DNA of 64,000 bases from Pseudogymnoascus verrucosus (Eukaryota), in assembly GCA_001662655.1 (NCBI GenBank), contig KV460230.1. One strand, 5' to 3'. Under the pieces are notes generated by a model. That model worked only from the letters and a program-made list of their open reading frames with translations. It did no database searches and was not told where the DNA came from. This document shows positions 1-10,291 of the stretch, in pieces (position 1 is the first letter of the stretch; each line of letters opens with the position of its first letter). The position numbers and the translations under genes were made by a program.

Positions 1-1582
1 CAATATTGCCACCCCAAGCAGCCAGTGTTGGTGCTGTCGCAGTGTCCGTCCCAAGGACTGGGTCATTGGGGTTAGTCATAGATGGCAAACTAACCATGCC
101 TAAACGTGGGAGGTGTCGATCTTGGCCAGCCAGCTTTCCTCCCAAATCGACCACGACCTCAACGTAATATCTGAAGCTTATCATTTCGCCTGGCACCCCG
201 GTAATTGTAGGGAAGACATCTTCTGGAACCCGTAATGACGTCGTAATCACAGTTGAGAGTGTGGCCGGGTCTATCATTATTGGTGCAAGTGTCTGAGACA
301 AATCTTTGCGGAAAACACTACTGGATCCCGCAGAGGTTAAAGATAGTCCACCCAAGCCAGTTTTGGACTTTGGGTAGTATTCTTCATGCTTCAGCCGTTC
401 CAAGTCTTTGCCCTTGATATCCGTAAATAGTGATAATGGCGGCGCAGAGTCTATCCGACCTTGCCGGTACAGGGTGATAATGATGCCATGCAAACTCTTG
501 ATTCGTTTTGTATGCTGTATGGATATTGTAATTGGTATGCTGTCTCCTGGCAAACATCCAGCTTTCAAAAGCTCGATTTTGGCGGTGATGGTTTTATTGG
601 GAGCGGGTTTGCTCGACGACGTCTCGGCTCCGTTACTGACAGGTTTCGACTGCGTTGAGTGTCCGATTACGTAGCCAGTACTACTACTGCTAACCACACT
701 ACCCTCACTGATTTCGCTTTGCAAATCGCTATGCAACGGACTTGTGGGTGAGCTCGGAGGATTGCTTGTAGATGGACGCTGGTTGGCAGATTCCTCAGCT
801 GCCGCAGACTCGGTGGGCTTCGGCTGAACAGATGACTTCCCGGACTCTGTGGCCGCTTGATCTGCCTTCGCGGCGGATCGAATATGCCTCCTTGAGTTCT
901 TCGCTATTGGCTCGAGGGAAATAATGCGTGGTTTGGGGACACTCATGGGCCCAATATCGACTGTTTCGACCAAGGATATCTTACGCTCGCACGTCGACGT
1001 AGCAGCGATGGATGTTGGACGCGTAAGGGTAGAGCGAATCATATAGGATATAGTTCCCCGTTCAAACTGTGACGCGATTAGTGTGTGGCCTTGTGTGGTA
1101 CGCGCAGCATGTGTACTTACGTCGATACTTGACGGCAAGCCTTGGGATGGGAACTGGAGATTGAATTCAAACTCATAGATCCCCGGCTCGAGGCGTCCTT
1201 CGCCGCAGAGTGTAATCTCATCATGAAACAACGACACATGGCCGTTACCGGTGTATTGGGACCTTTTGTTGCTTGTAATCTCGACGACATGGTCGCTGGT
1301 AATAACCTCGCCGGCTGCCGCAGGCTTTTTCAGGACGCGCACAAAGCCATGAAGAGCGACAGTGAGATGGGTAATCCGGATCGGCTTTACGACGGTAAGA
1401 ACGACGATGCCCTTGACGATATCTCCTGGTGAGTACTGGCGATGCGGCTCGTTGGCGCGGATGTGAAAATCGGTGGCATTTCTGGTCCGCGACCGCAAAG
1501 GCGAAGTCAACCTCGAAAGGATTGACCGACCGCTCGATGCTAGTCTCGAAGACGAAGTCGTGGGCGAGACATCCGAGTACAT
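1..1582 (-). CDS. palF: Arrestin-like pH-response regulator PalF/Rim8 (3' end runs off window; intron 1067-1120)
   Basis: Manual translation from ATG 1582: MYSDVSP...ILSRLTSPLRSRTRNATDFHIRANEPHRQYSPGDIVKGIVVLTVVKPIRITHLTVALHGFVRV...LPSSID|FERGTISYMIRSTLTRP, the PalF arrestin-N signature. Absent from the ORF track because no stop lies inside the window. Confidence 0.9.
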   Translation of the reverse strand, partial: MYSDVSPTTSSSRLASSGRSILSRLTSPLRSRTRNATDFHIRANEPHRQYSPGDIVKGIVVLTVVKPIRITHLTVALHGFVRVLKKPAAAGEVITSDHVVEITSNKRSQYTGNGHVSLFHDEITLCGEGRLEPGIYEFEFNLQFPSQGLPSSIDVSTHAARTTQGHTLIASQFERGTISYMIRSTLTRPTSIAATSTCERKISLVETVDIGPMSVPKPRIISLEPIAKNSRRHIRSAAKADQAATESGKSSVQPKPTESAAAEESANQRPSTSNPPSSPTSPLHSDLQSEISEGSVVSSSSTGYVIGHSTQSKPVSNGAETSSSKPAPNKTITAKIELLKAGCLPGDSIPITISIQHTKRIKSLHGIIITLYRQGRIDSAPPLSLFTDIKGKDLERLKHEEYYPKSKTGLGGLSLTSAGSSSVFRKDLSQTLAPIMIDPATLSTVITTSLRVPEDVFPTITGVPGEMISFRYYVEVVVDLGGKLAGQDRHLPRLGMVSLPSMTNPNDPVLGTDTATAPTLAAWGGNI

Positions 1583-1601
1583 GCTATTGTTTTGTCGTTG
1601 A

Positions 1602-1956
1602 TGCCAAGTCGAGATGGAAGGTAAGTTGCTTGCCAAGAGATTCTTGAATTCTTGGCTACCTGGATGGAGGAGTGGTGGAGGTCAAACGTGCTGGCCATGC
1701 GACACGACAGTGGATTCGACCCAAAGCCAACACGAGCAGGGGGAGGAGACTGTTTTGTCGGGCGCCTGAATGCCGCTGCCACACGACTTTCTGAGATGAT
1801 CTGACGCTCAGATATATATATACAGAGGATTTGCGGCGAATGTAACCAAAGCTTATCGTTATTATTATAATCGCATGGTCAATGTGTTAGCAGGCCAAGT
1901 TGTCAAGGATGGTGCTTGGGTGCTTGGTGCTTGTGTGTGGTAGGCAACACCTTGGC
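1602..1956. promoter_or_regulatory. Cluster of five PacC/Rim101 sites (GCCAAG) around the palF promoter/5' leader
   Basis: GCCAAG at 1603, 1632 and 1894; CTTGGC at 1651 and 1951; TATA-like run near 1813-1822. Confidence 0.6.
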
Positions 1957-2253
1957 TGGATGGGAGTAGTGTAAGAAGTTTTGGAGGACGCGTTTTCTGG
2001 GCGGCGATCTAATAGTATAGTATTGTAGTACTCTAGCCACTCGAAACCCCCACCACCGGCGTCTTTCTACCACCAGGGTCGACCGAGGGCTACCGGGTAT
2101 TCCGAGAGTCGATACTGTACTTGATTATAGCACTGTATATGCGCTATTACGTTGTAGCAAAGCGCCAGAGAGACCCAGACAGACCCAGATCATCTTTACG
2201 GAGTACTTCTGGCCGTGACAGCCACAAACTGGAGCATTTCCAGAGTTGTGTAT

Positions 2254-2315
2254 GGACTGGACTATGTGCTGGACTATGTGTGGTTGTGGACTGTGGTGTG
2301 GACTGTGTGTGGTAC
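2254..2315. repeat. Short degenerate tandem repeat (GGACTRTGTG-like)
   Basis: ggactggactatgtgctggactatgtgtggttgtggactgtggtgtggactgtgtgtgg. Confidence 0.6.
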
Positions 2316-3576
2316 TGCTCTGTGCGGGCGCTGGCACACACAAGGGATAAAGCGGAGACTGCCCCTCCTCTCTTCCTGCACCACAGCCAATTGTGGCGGA
2401 GTAAGCAACAACCCGCTCATCGTCATACTGTGCTATGAACGGAGTAGGTGGAGATATACAAGATATACACCGTGATTATACTGTAGCATGTCGAGTAGTA
2501 CCTACGGACAATACTCCGTTACCGCAATTGTCCTGTTATATTGGCTATTCGTACTGGACGAACCAAGCTTTTTCGCTATTAATTACCGTATCCCACATCG
2601 ATAGTCGCGTTCCGCTCGTAGCTGCTCCTAACGCGGCAAATGTTGGGATGGGATTATCTTGTTCAACTGTAGCACTCGTAGCACACAAGGGGTCTCGGCT
2701 CGACGACACATGTGCCCTCACACACCCGCCAACCTCTGTCCTATCACCCTGCTTGGTGAAGTGTTCTCGGCCATACAAAATACGTGCGCACACACAAATG
2801 TAACCGTAGAGAAAGATCGATTCGATTTTAGGCAGCAGAATTGGGGCCAAAATCACTCAAATTGCCATACTGGAGGTCGGAGAGTCAGGCTCGCACATAA
2901 GAGACTTCCTGATTCACTGCGCCAGGGTTACTCAGACAGGGGTTGTAAGGGTGCAGCTGGCGAGATTGGGAGGGAGCGATCTAAGTTTAGCCCAAGGCAC
3001 GGCGAAACTAAAGTAAACAAGGTGTTGAAATAAAGATGGGGTCGGAGTTTGTCACGAAGCTTAATCGTCACTGGCCTGGGCTGTGACAGGATGGCCAAGT
3101 CGCGTCGCGTCGCTGGGAACGGGTTTGTATGGAGGGCAAGGTATAATTAACGGTCAGGGCCATATCACCCGGCCGAGAATGCGTCCGATGTCCTCAGAAG
3201 GATTCGATCCCAATTATAGCCGCCCCCAAATTGAGCCGTCGAAACGTTACTCTTGCCAACCAAAGGTCTGAAGTAGACTGTCCATAACAACAGCGATTAC
3301 AGTAACTGTAACTAGAGTAAAGGCTGCAATCAAGAAGCCAGTCACTCATAATAGAGATAAGGGGACAAGTTCTATCAGCCTAAATAAGTTGGTATCAATC
3401 CTCAACAAAAAGCGATCCCTCTTCGGACTTTGGGGCGGCACAAGAGCTGCTGATCGTTGCAATTCAAGGAAGCTTCCACAAGATCTTAATATTAGCACAG
3501 CAGCTATCACATGTAGTGCGGTTTGTTCCGTCACGTTTTCCGATCGTCACAGTTTCCTCCTTTCCTCCTCCCCTGT

Positions 3577-4281
3577 TCAAAGTTCCTTGAGCCCTTCACC
3601 AGGGATATATTCATCTCCACACGTCGATTGCATCACCAGAGCCACCTGCTCTCTGTCGTTGGTGAGGTCCAGCAGGTAGCTCCGGATGCATTCGAGGTTG
3701 TCCGTGAACTGCTCTGCATCATCTTTCAAACTCTGAATCTCCTTTTCTTTGCGAAGAACTTCTGTAGGGTCGCTTCCGCTGTATGCAGCCAATTCCTTGT
3801 CCAGTGACGCCGTTTCTTTCAGGAGTCGCTCGTGAGCTTCCAACAGTGCCTGCCTGTCCATGCCGTTGTCTTCCAACATTTCATCATCTTCATCTCTTTG
3901 AGCAGTTGCCTCAGTAATGTGTTTCTTAATGTCGGCAATCGATATCTTCAGCTTTGTCTCTTCGGCCTGGAGGTCGTGGAGGACTTTCTCCTTGCTTTGC
4001 TTCGCGTCTGAGACGAACGCCCAGTACCAGTTGCCGCTTCCTATTTTCTCAACTTTGATCAATCCTTCGTCGCTGAGGGCTTGAAGATAGTCTTTGACAA
4101 CCATCCCACTGATCGAGGCGACGGCCGGAAGTGCTTTTTCGAGGTCCTTGAAGGAGTGGGCGCTGAGTGATCTGTGGAACCAGTCCAGTATGAGAGCTTG
4201 CTTTGCTGCGGGAGGGGCGGATTTGGGAGCCTATTATAAGTGTGAGACGCGTCACATTCTCAGAGACGAGACAATTACCAT
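3577..4281 (-). CDS. MND1: Meiotic nuclear division protein Mnd1 (exon 1 is ATG only; intron 4231-4278)
   Basis: KDLEKALP...SGMVVKDYLQALSDEGLIKVEKIGSGNWYW motif, coiled coil, then TDNL. Splice ATG|gtaatt...tag|GCTCCC. Confidence 0.93.
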
Positions 4282-4902
4282 CTTCCGGGGGGGTCTTGGA
4301 AGACTTGAGGCTGTGTAGATCAAATACAATTCTCAAGTCTGGTTCAGGTTAGGTCATGTAAAATGGTAACAGGAGGTTGAGGTTCTCAATGGCAGGGCAC
4401 AAGAATGGCAGTATTCGTGGCAAGGTCCGACCATAGAATATAAAGGGCGTCGGTTCTCTACAAAATAGACAAAACTAACGTCGTCAAAATGTAAGGTAGC
4501 AACATACATCATGCATTCATATTTTATTTGCTATGGGGGCTTCGCCATACTTCAAAGGGCTTTGATCCCAGTCCTTATTTGATATATCGACTGTCCATCC
4601 TCCGCTATATTGCTTGCTGCTTGCCATCCTGTCTTGCCTCCTACAAATCCTTTGGAAACAAAAGATCCCCCTATGGGACCACTTTGCCTTTGTTCACACA
4701 AATTGACGAGCAAGTATTTGACTCCTCCCCAAATACGGCCAAAAAATGCAGGGCTGCTTGGAGCTGTGGTTTGAAATGAAACGCAGGGCATGTAGATATC
4801 ATTGCCATGTTCCAAGCAGTGCATTGGGACGCCCGTCGCCAATAGCCGGGAGTGACGGTTATGTCGTGAGAATCTTGGTCCTTCCTGTCGCTTTCCGTGC
4901 TT

Positions 4903-5466
4903 TCAGCCATTTCCATTCCTCGGCGACCTTTGCTCAGCACTTTCTTCAACGACCCCAAATAAAACGCGAAGCCACAAGCTGCAACCTCTGCATCCTACAG
5001 CAAGTTCTCCGTCATCTACAGCTTCTTCCAGATCCTCCTCGCGAATCAAAAATCCACGATCGTCTCCACACCTGCAGCTCCGGAACCACAGTGACTCTTT
5101 CTCATCAAAGTCCAGATCATCCAGATCAACGGTCTCTACGCCCGTGCGGAATCCATTCCTCTGCTGGGCTCCAAATTCGCCCGTCCGCTGAGACTCCAAG
5201 GCAAGCTCTCTGTCATATTCCTCACGGAGCTTCGGCGTTGATATGATGGAGTAGGCTTTTGTTATTTGATCTACAGTATAGGCACTACTGGGTTGTTTAT
5301 TTGTAGCCTTTGTAGAGCCAGGCTCTGGCGAGGAAACTTGCTGGACTTTGTCTGGGTGGTGCTGGAGTAGTGATTTCCGATATGCTGCCTTCAGGAGCTG
5401 TGGGGTGAGAAATCTTGCTGCGTCCCGTGAGTTGGGGAGCCCCAGGATTTCATAGTATGTAACCAT
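4903..5466 (-). CDS. DPH4: Diphthamide biosynthesis protein Dph4 (J domain plus CSL zinc finger)
   Basis: YYEILG...HHPDK J domain; DLDDL...CRCG...CRGCSLWL CSL finger. Confidence 0.93.
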   Translation of the reverse strand: MVTYYEILGLPNSRDAARFLTPQLLKAAYRKSLLQHHPDKVQQVSSPEPGSTKATNKQPSSAYTVDQITKAYSIISTPKLREEYDRELALESQRTGEFGAQQRNGFRTGVETVDLDDLDFDEKESLWFRSCRCGDDRGFLIREEDLEEAVDDGELAVGCRGCSLWLRVLFGVVEESAEQRSPRNGNG

Positions 5467-5908
5467 GAAGACAGCACTTTTGACGTTCTATCCCGTGATT
5501 TTGTTAACTTGGGATGGCGTTGTGATAACATGGCAGTTCTGGAGTCAAAAATCGCTCTTTGTTGGATGAGGGCCTGAGGCATTAATTATTTTGAATGGAG
5601 CATGTGGTTTGGTTTAACACGGAGGGACAATGGGGGCTTAAAAAGAGTAATTTATAGCAAGGTCAAACAGTAGCATACAAGGTCAAATGGTAGCATAAAA
5701 ACGAATTTCAAGAGAATGTGGCCATCATGAGTGTGGTGCGGTAACATGCATTCTATTTAGAATTTGATACAGATATGTACTACACATCCAAGCATTGAAG
5801 CTCAGTTGACAAATATTGTGAACGCCATCCTCCTTGCTATGAGCACCCAACAGGGTACGACAAACATATCGTACAATTTCCACTCCCTCAGTTTGATATA
5901 CACGTAGC

Positions 5909-6555
5909 TTATTTCGGCCACTTCTTCCATCCACGGCCATGTCCTCTCTGCTTATTGTTAGCCCAACATCCTCAAGATTTGTGTCGGATATGATATAGCT
6001 CACCTCTTTCCAGGTTTGAATGAGTTGAGGCATATCCAACATTGCCTGTCTTCTCTTCTCCAATCTAAAAGATATATGTCAGCGGCTTGTTCTCCTGTTC
6101 CTCTCATCACCCTAGAAAGTCAAGTCTAGGGGGTGGTATTGGGGTATAACGTACCGTCCCTTCATCTGCCTCTCGCTCTCTTTACCCTTGACACGTTCTC
6201 CAACACCGGTTCCCTTAACACGCAGTCCATTCTCCTCTCTTCTCCTCAATCTCTCGGCAGAGCTCTTCACGCTGAATGGCATCAAATCCTCAACCCCATG
6301 GCGCTGCGCCAGCTTCACCAGGTCGGCCTGCCTCCGTAACGAGAAGACTGGATCGTGCCATTTGCCCGTTTCCGGGTGCTTGTGAGCCTTGAAAGGAGAT
6401 GGCGCCGCTTCTTGTGTAGATTCCCCGGTGATTGGAGCTTGTGAAGATTCGCTTTGGGCGGGAAGAATGGCCGCTGGGGGGTAACGGGCGAAAAATCTGG
6501 TCAGCCTCGGAGGAAGCGCCTGCGCAAGTTGGATATGCTTTGCTGTTGACGCCAT
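5909..6555 (-). CDS. MRPL25: Mitochondrial large-subunit ribosomal protein mL59 (introns 6065-6154, 5948-6003)
   Basis: LPPRLTRFFARYPP, WHDPVFSLRRQADLVKLA, KGKESER; spliced C-terminus RLEKRRQAMLDMPQLIQTWKE|RGHGRGWKKWPK*. Confidence 0.9.
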
Positions 6556-6852
6556 TGTGAATGTGCAGTGAGCACTGTCGCTAATTGGGGCGCTTTCTGT
6601 ATGTTGAACGTGATGTTCAAGATAAATTGAGGAAGGCCGAATGCGCGCTAAGACGTTCTCGGCTCCGGCGGCCGATCATTTATGAGGCGCATTTACAGCC
6701 TTGTCTAACCTTGCTCGCCTTCGACATACAAGAACAAAACACAACCACGAACCTTTTGCGCGTTGCTTCACGAAAATAAATACAGCGCCAGCTATACCAC
6801 CTCGATCCATTAATTGCTTGGTACATCATTGCCACTATCGCAGTCCGGCACC

Positions 6853-9291
6853 ATGAGTACATCTCTTAATGGTAAGACGGAGTCCATAGCAAATGGCATA
6901 AACGGGCAGGGCGATCCGCCACCTCCACCACCCTCCGATTCTATACCGCCTCCACCTCCAGAGAACTTCGCTCCACCTCCTCCCCAGGATCTACCCCCAC
7001 CTCCTCCTTCCGAATTGCATCCTCCTCCTCCTGCTCCGCCACAAGAACCGAAGAAAAAAGCTGGCTGGGGGGCACCGAAAGGCAGGCAGCCTCTGAGCAT
7101 AGAAGAGATACTACAAAAGAAGAAAGAGGCGGATCAAGCTGCGGCGAAGCCGAAATTTCTGTCGAGAGCACAAAGGGAGAAGCTGGCCTTGGAAAAACGA
7201 GAGAAGGAGGTCGAAGAACAACGACGGAAAACCGAAGCTGAGCGACAGCCTATTGCGGCCGCTCCTAGGCAGGCACCGAATGGCCCTGGAGGATCCGATA
7301 GACGCAGAGATGAGGATAGACGGGGTCCCTCGAATGTACCGACAGGCCCAAGGTCGATGCGACATGGAGATGCAGCGCCACCAACTGGCCCATCTGGAAG
7401 GAATGGAAATAATGGGAGGCAACAGGGGAACATGGGCCCTCCCAGCAAACAAACTGCGAATTCTGGGAAGGGGTCCTTAGCTGGAGAAAAGCGGCCTGCA
7501 AATGGTGAAAGTACAGAAGCTGCGCTCACTCGAGTGAGATACATGGGAGCGGAAGCAAACCAGTCTACATTTTCGGCCAACAAGAAGAGGAGGAAGACCA
7601 CTGAGAAGAAGTTCAACTTCGAGTGGAACGCCGAAGAAGATACGAGCCCGGATTATAATCCTATATATTCACAGCGGGCGGAAGTTAACTTCTTCGGAAG
7701 AGGCAGGCTCGGCGGATTCGCAGAGGATCCCGAAAGCGGTGTTTTTAAATATGCGAAGGCGCTTGAAGCAAGAGATTCGGAGGCTGGCTCAGTACGCGCG
7801 AGGGAGCTTCTCGAGATGGAGCGGCGCAGGAAGGAGGATGCTGGAGGTAGAAACTCCCTTGACAAGCATTGGAGCGAGAAGAAACTCGAGCATATGCGAG
7901 AGCGTGATTGGCGTATCTTCAAGGAGGACTTCAATATCAGCACTAAGGGAGGGGCCATACCCAACCCTATGCGAAACTGGGGTGAATCTGGTTTGCCTAA
8001 ACGACTCATGGATGTTATTGCGATGGTTGGTTATGATGAGCCGTCCGCAGTCCAACGAGCTGCCATACCAATAGCGTTGCAAGCCCGAGATCTTATTGGT
8101 GTTGCTGTTACAGGTTCTGGTAAGACTGCAGCATTTTTGCTGCCGCTGCTGGTATACATATCAGAATTACCGGCTTTGAACGAGTTCACGAAAAACGATG
8201 GGCCTTATGCGATAATTCTAGCGCCCACTCGTGAATTGGCGCAGCAGATCGAAGCTGAGGCAAAGAAATTCGCAACGCCACTTGGATTTACTTGTGTCAG
8301 TATTGTTGGTGGCCATTCTCTGGAAGAACAGGCTTACAACCTTCGAAATGGTGCGGAAATCATTATTGCAACTCCAGGTCGACTTGTCGACTGTATTGAG
8401 CGTCGCCTCCTTGTCCTGGGCCAGTGCTGCTACGTTATTATGGATGAAGCAGATCGTATGATTGATTTGGGTTTCGAAGAATCTGTCAACAAGATCTTAG
8501 ACGCTCTGCCAGTAGGAAACGAGAAACCGGACACGGATGAGGCAGAAGATCCACAGGCCATGACACAACACCTCGGAGGCAAGGATAGATACCGACAGAC
8601 AATGATGTACACAGCTACTATGCCTTCGGCAGTCGAGAAGATTGCCAAAAAGTATCTGAGGAGACCTGCAATCGTCACGATCGGAAACGTTGGTGAAGCC
8701 GTCGAAACCGTTGAACAGCGCGTCGAATTTGTCTCAGGCGAGGACAAAAGGAAGAAGCGCCTCAATGAGATCCTGGCTTCCGGAGAGTTCGCACCTCCCA
8801 TCATTGTCTTTGTCAATATCAAGCGCAACTGCGACGCTGTTGCGAGAGATATCAAGCACATGGGATTCACATCAGTTACACTCCACGGTAGCAAAACCCA
8901 AGAACAGCGTGAGGCTGCCTTGGCTTCGGTTCGCTCGGGACAAACAGATGTGTTGGTTGCGACAGATCTGGCTGGAAGAGGTATCGATGTTCCTGATGTC
9001 AGTTTGGTGGTTAACTTCAATATGGCGACGAATATCGAGAGTTACACCCATCGTGTTGGTCGTACTGGTCGTGCGGGCAAGAGTGGTGTGGCTATTACCT
9101 TCCTGGGCAATGAGGATGCGGACGTGATGTACGATTTGAAGCAGATGTTGACGAAGAGCTCCATCTCCAGGGTGCCTGAAGAGCTGAGGAAACACGAGTC
9201 TGCACAACAGAAGTCCACAAGAGGTGGCGGTGGTGGGCAGAAGAAGATAGAAGAGAGCAGCGGCTTTGGAGGGAAGGGCGGGGGATGGTAA
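6853..9291 (+). CDS. PRP28: DEAD-box pre-mRNA splicing helicase Prp28 (intronless)
   Basis: KFNFEW...DTS, HWSEK...RDWRIFKEDFNI, AVTGSGKT, DEAD, HRVGRTGRAG. First ATG at 6853. Confidence 0.96.
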   Translation: MSTSLNGKTESIANGINGQGDPPPPPPSDSIPPPPPENFAPPPPQDLPPPPPSELHPPPPAPPQEPKKKAGWGAPKGRQPLSIEEILQKKKEADQAAAKPKFLSRAQREKLALEKREKEVEEQRRKTEAERQPIAAAPRQAPNGPGGSDRRRDEDRRGPSNVPTGPRSMRHGDAAPPTGPSGRNGNNGRQQGNMGPPSKQTANSGKGSLAGEKRPANGESTEAALTRVRYMGAEANQSTFSANKKRRKTTEKKFNFEWNAEEDTSPDYNPIYSQRAEVNFFGRGRLGGFAEDPESGVFKYAKALEARDSEAGSVRARELLEMERRRKEDAGGRNSLDKHWSEKKLEHMRERDWRIFKEDFNISTKGGAIPNPMRNWGESGLPKRLMDVIAMVGYDEPSAVQRAAIPIALQARDLIGVAVTGSGKTAAFLLPLLVYISELPALNEFTKNDGPYAIILAPTRELAQQIEAEAKKFATPLGFTCVSIVGGHSLEEQAYNLRNGAEIIIATPGRLVDCIERRLLVLGQCCYVIMDEADRMIDLGFEESVNKILDALPVGNEKPDTDEAEDPQAMTQHLGGKDRYRQTMMYTATMPSAVEKIAKKYLRRPAIVTIGNVGEAVETVEQRVEFVSGEDKRKKRLNEILASGEFAPPIIVFVNIKRNCDAVARDIKHMGFTSVTLHGSKTQEQREAALASVRSGQTDVLVATDLAGRGIDVPDVSLVVNFNMATNIESYTHRVGRTGRAGKSGVAITFLGNEDADVMYDLKQMLTKSSISRVPEELRKHESAQQKSTRGGGGGQKKIEESSGFGGKGGGW

Positions 9292-10291
9292 TTATAAATC
9301 ATGTGTAACATCTCAATAGATTTACGAGACAGCAACTGAGATCACTTGTATTCACTTGTATTTGGTCTGTTATAATATGTGAATTGGTGATGTAAATAAA
9401 TGATGTGCCTTGCTTCCTATACAGATTCAATCAACGCTCAAAAGAGCTATCGGTCTGTTCAAACCCGCGGCTTTATGAAATTAGTCTAGCAACGCCCAAT
9501 CCTAAGATCAGAGAACACCAGCATCTCGTCGAGTAGAAGCGTGATGCTGGAAGATCTTATGTTGCAGCTTGGTTGGATCCCCAAGCCCAAGTTCGAGGGC
9601 CTGCAGAACTCAAAACACCGCCAAAGTAAATAAAGCAAACCTTTCAGATATATTTATTAGCATTGCTAACACAGATAAGGTTTCCGAGGAATCCGGAGTT
9701 GATTATTCGATTGTCATTCTTGAGAGGTGTCGTCGCAGAATTTATTTTTATTTTTGTAGTCACTCTCGCTTATTTAAGTGGATCGTGAACTGGAGGCTTG
9801 ACAACGACTAGCCTCATCTCAGGAGCATTATAAATTGCCGCTGGCAAGTAAACAATCAAATACGTCCATATGCAGATCCTATAGTGATTTTATGACGATT
9901 ACCAAATAAGTAATATATGACTGACGCATTGAAAGTACAAGGCACTGGGCAAGATGGCGATCGCCTTGTTCGCATGTAATCATGTGAAGGAAGGAACACA
10001 GGCAGGTGCGACCTTGTCCATAGCAATGATAAAATGCACAGCAGAAGGCAGGTACATAGGCAATATTTTACCAATACTCTTTCCTTGCCTAGAGTGTTTT
10101 TGAGTTTCGTTATTTCGAGGTTACTGCCCCAGGATTGCGGGTTAGCCTTATTCTTTACATCATCTCATCTTCTACTTATCATGAGCATACTTCTCATTAA
10201 TGGAACTGGTCTCGTTAGTAAACCAGACCCTTTTGATTATACATGCTTTTAGTATCTCTTCGTGTTAGTTTTCTTCATCAATGTCATAAAA

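Noticed and set aside
4231..4281. ATG-only first exons in MND1 and TMEM14
   Set aside because: Common fungal gene architecture; matters only for annotation.
6065..6154. GTGATGA...CTGA in MRPL25 intron 1 (same pattern in OST2 intron 3)
   Set aside because: Too short for a snoRNA, no rRNA guide, and CTGAC is the branch site.
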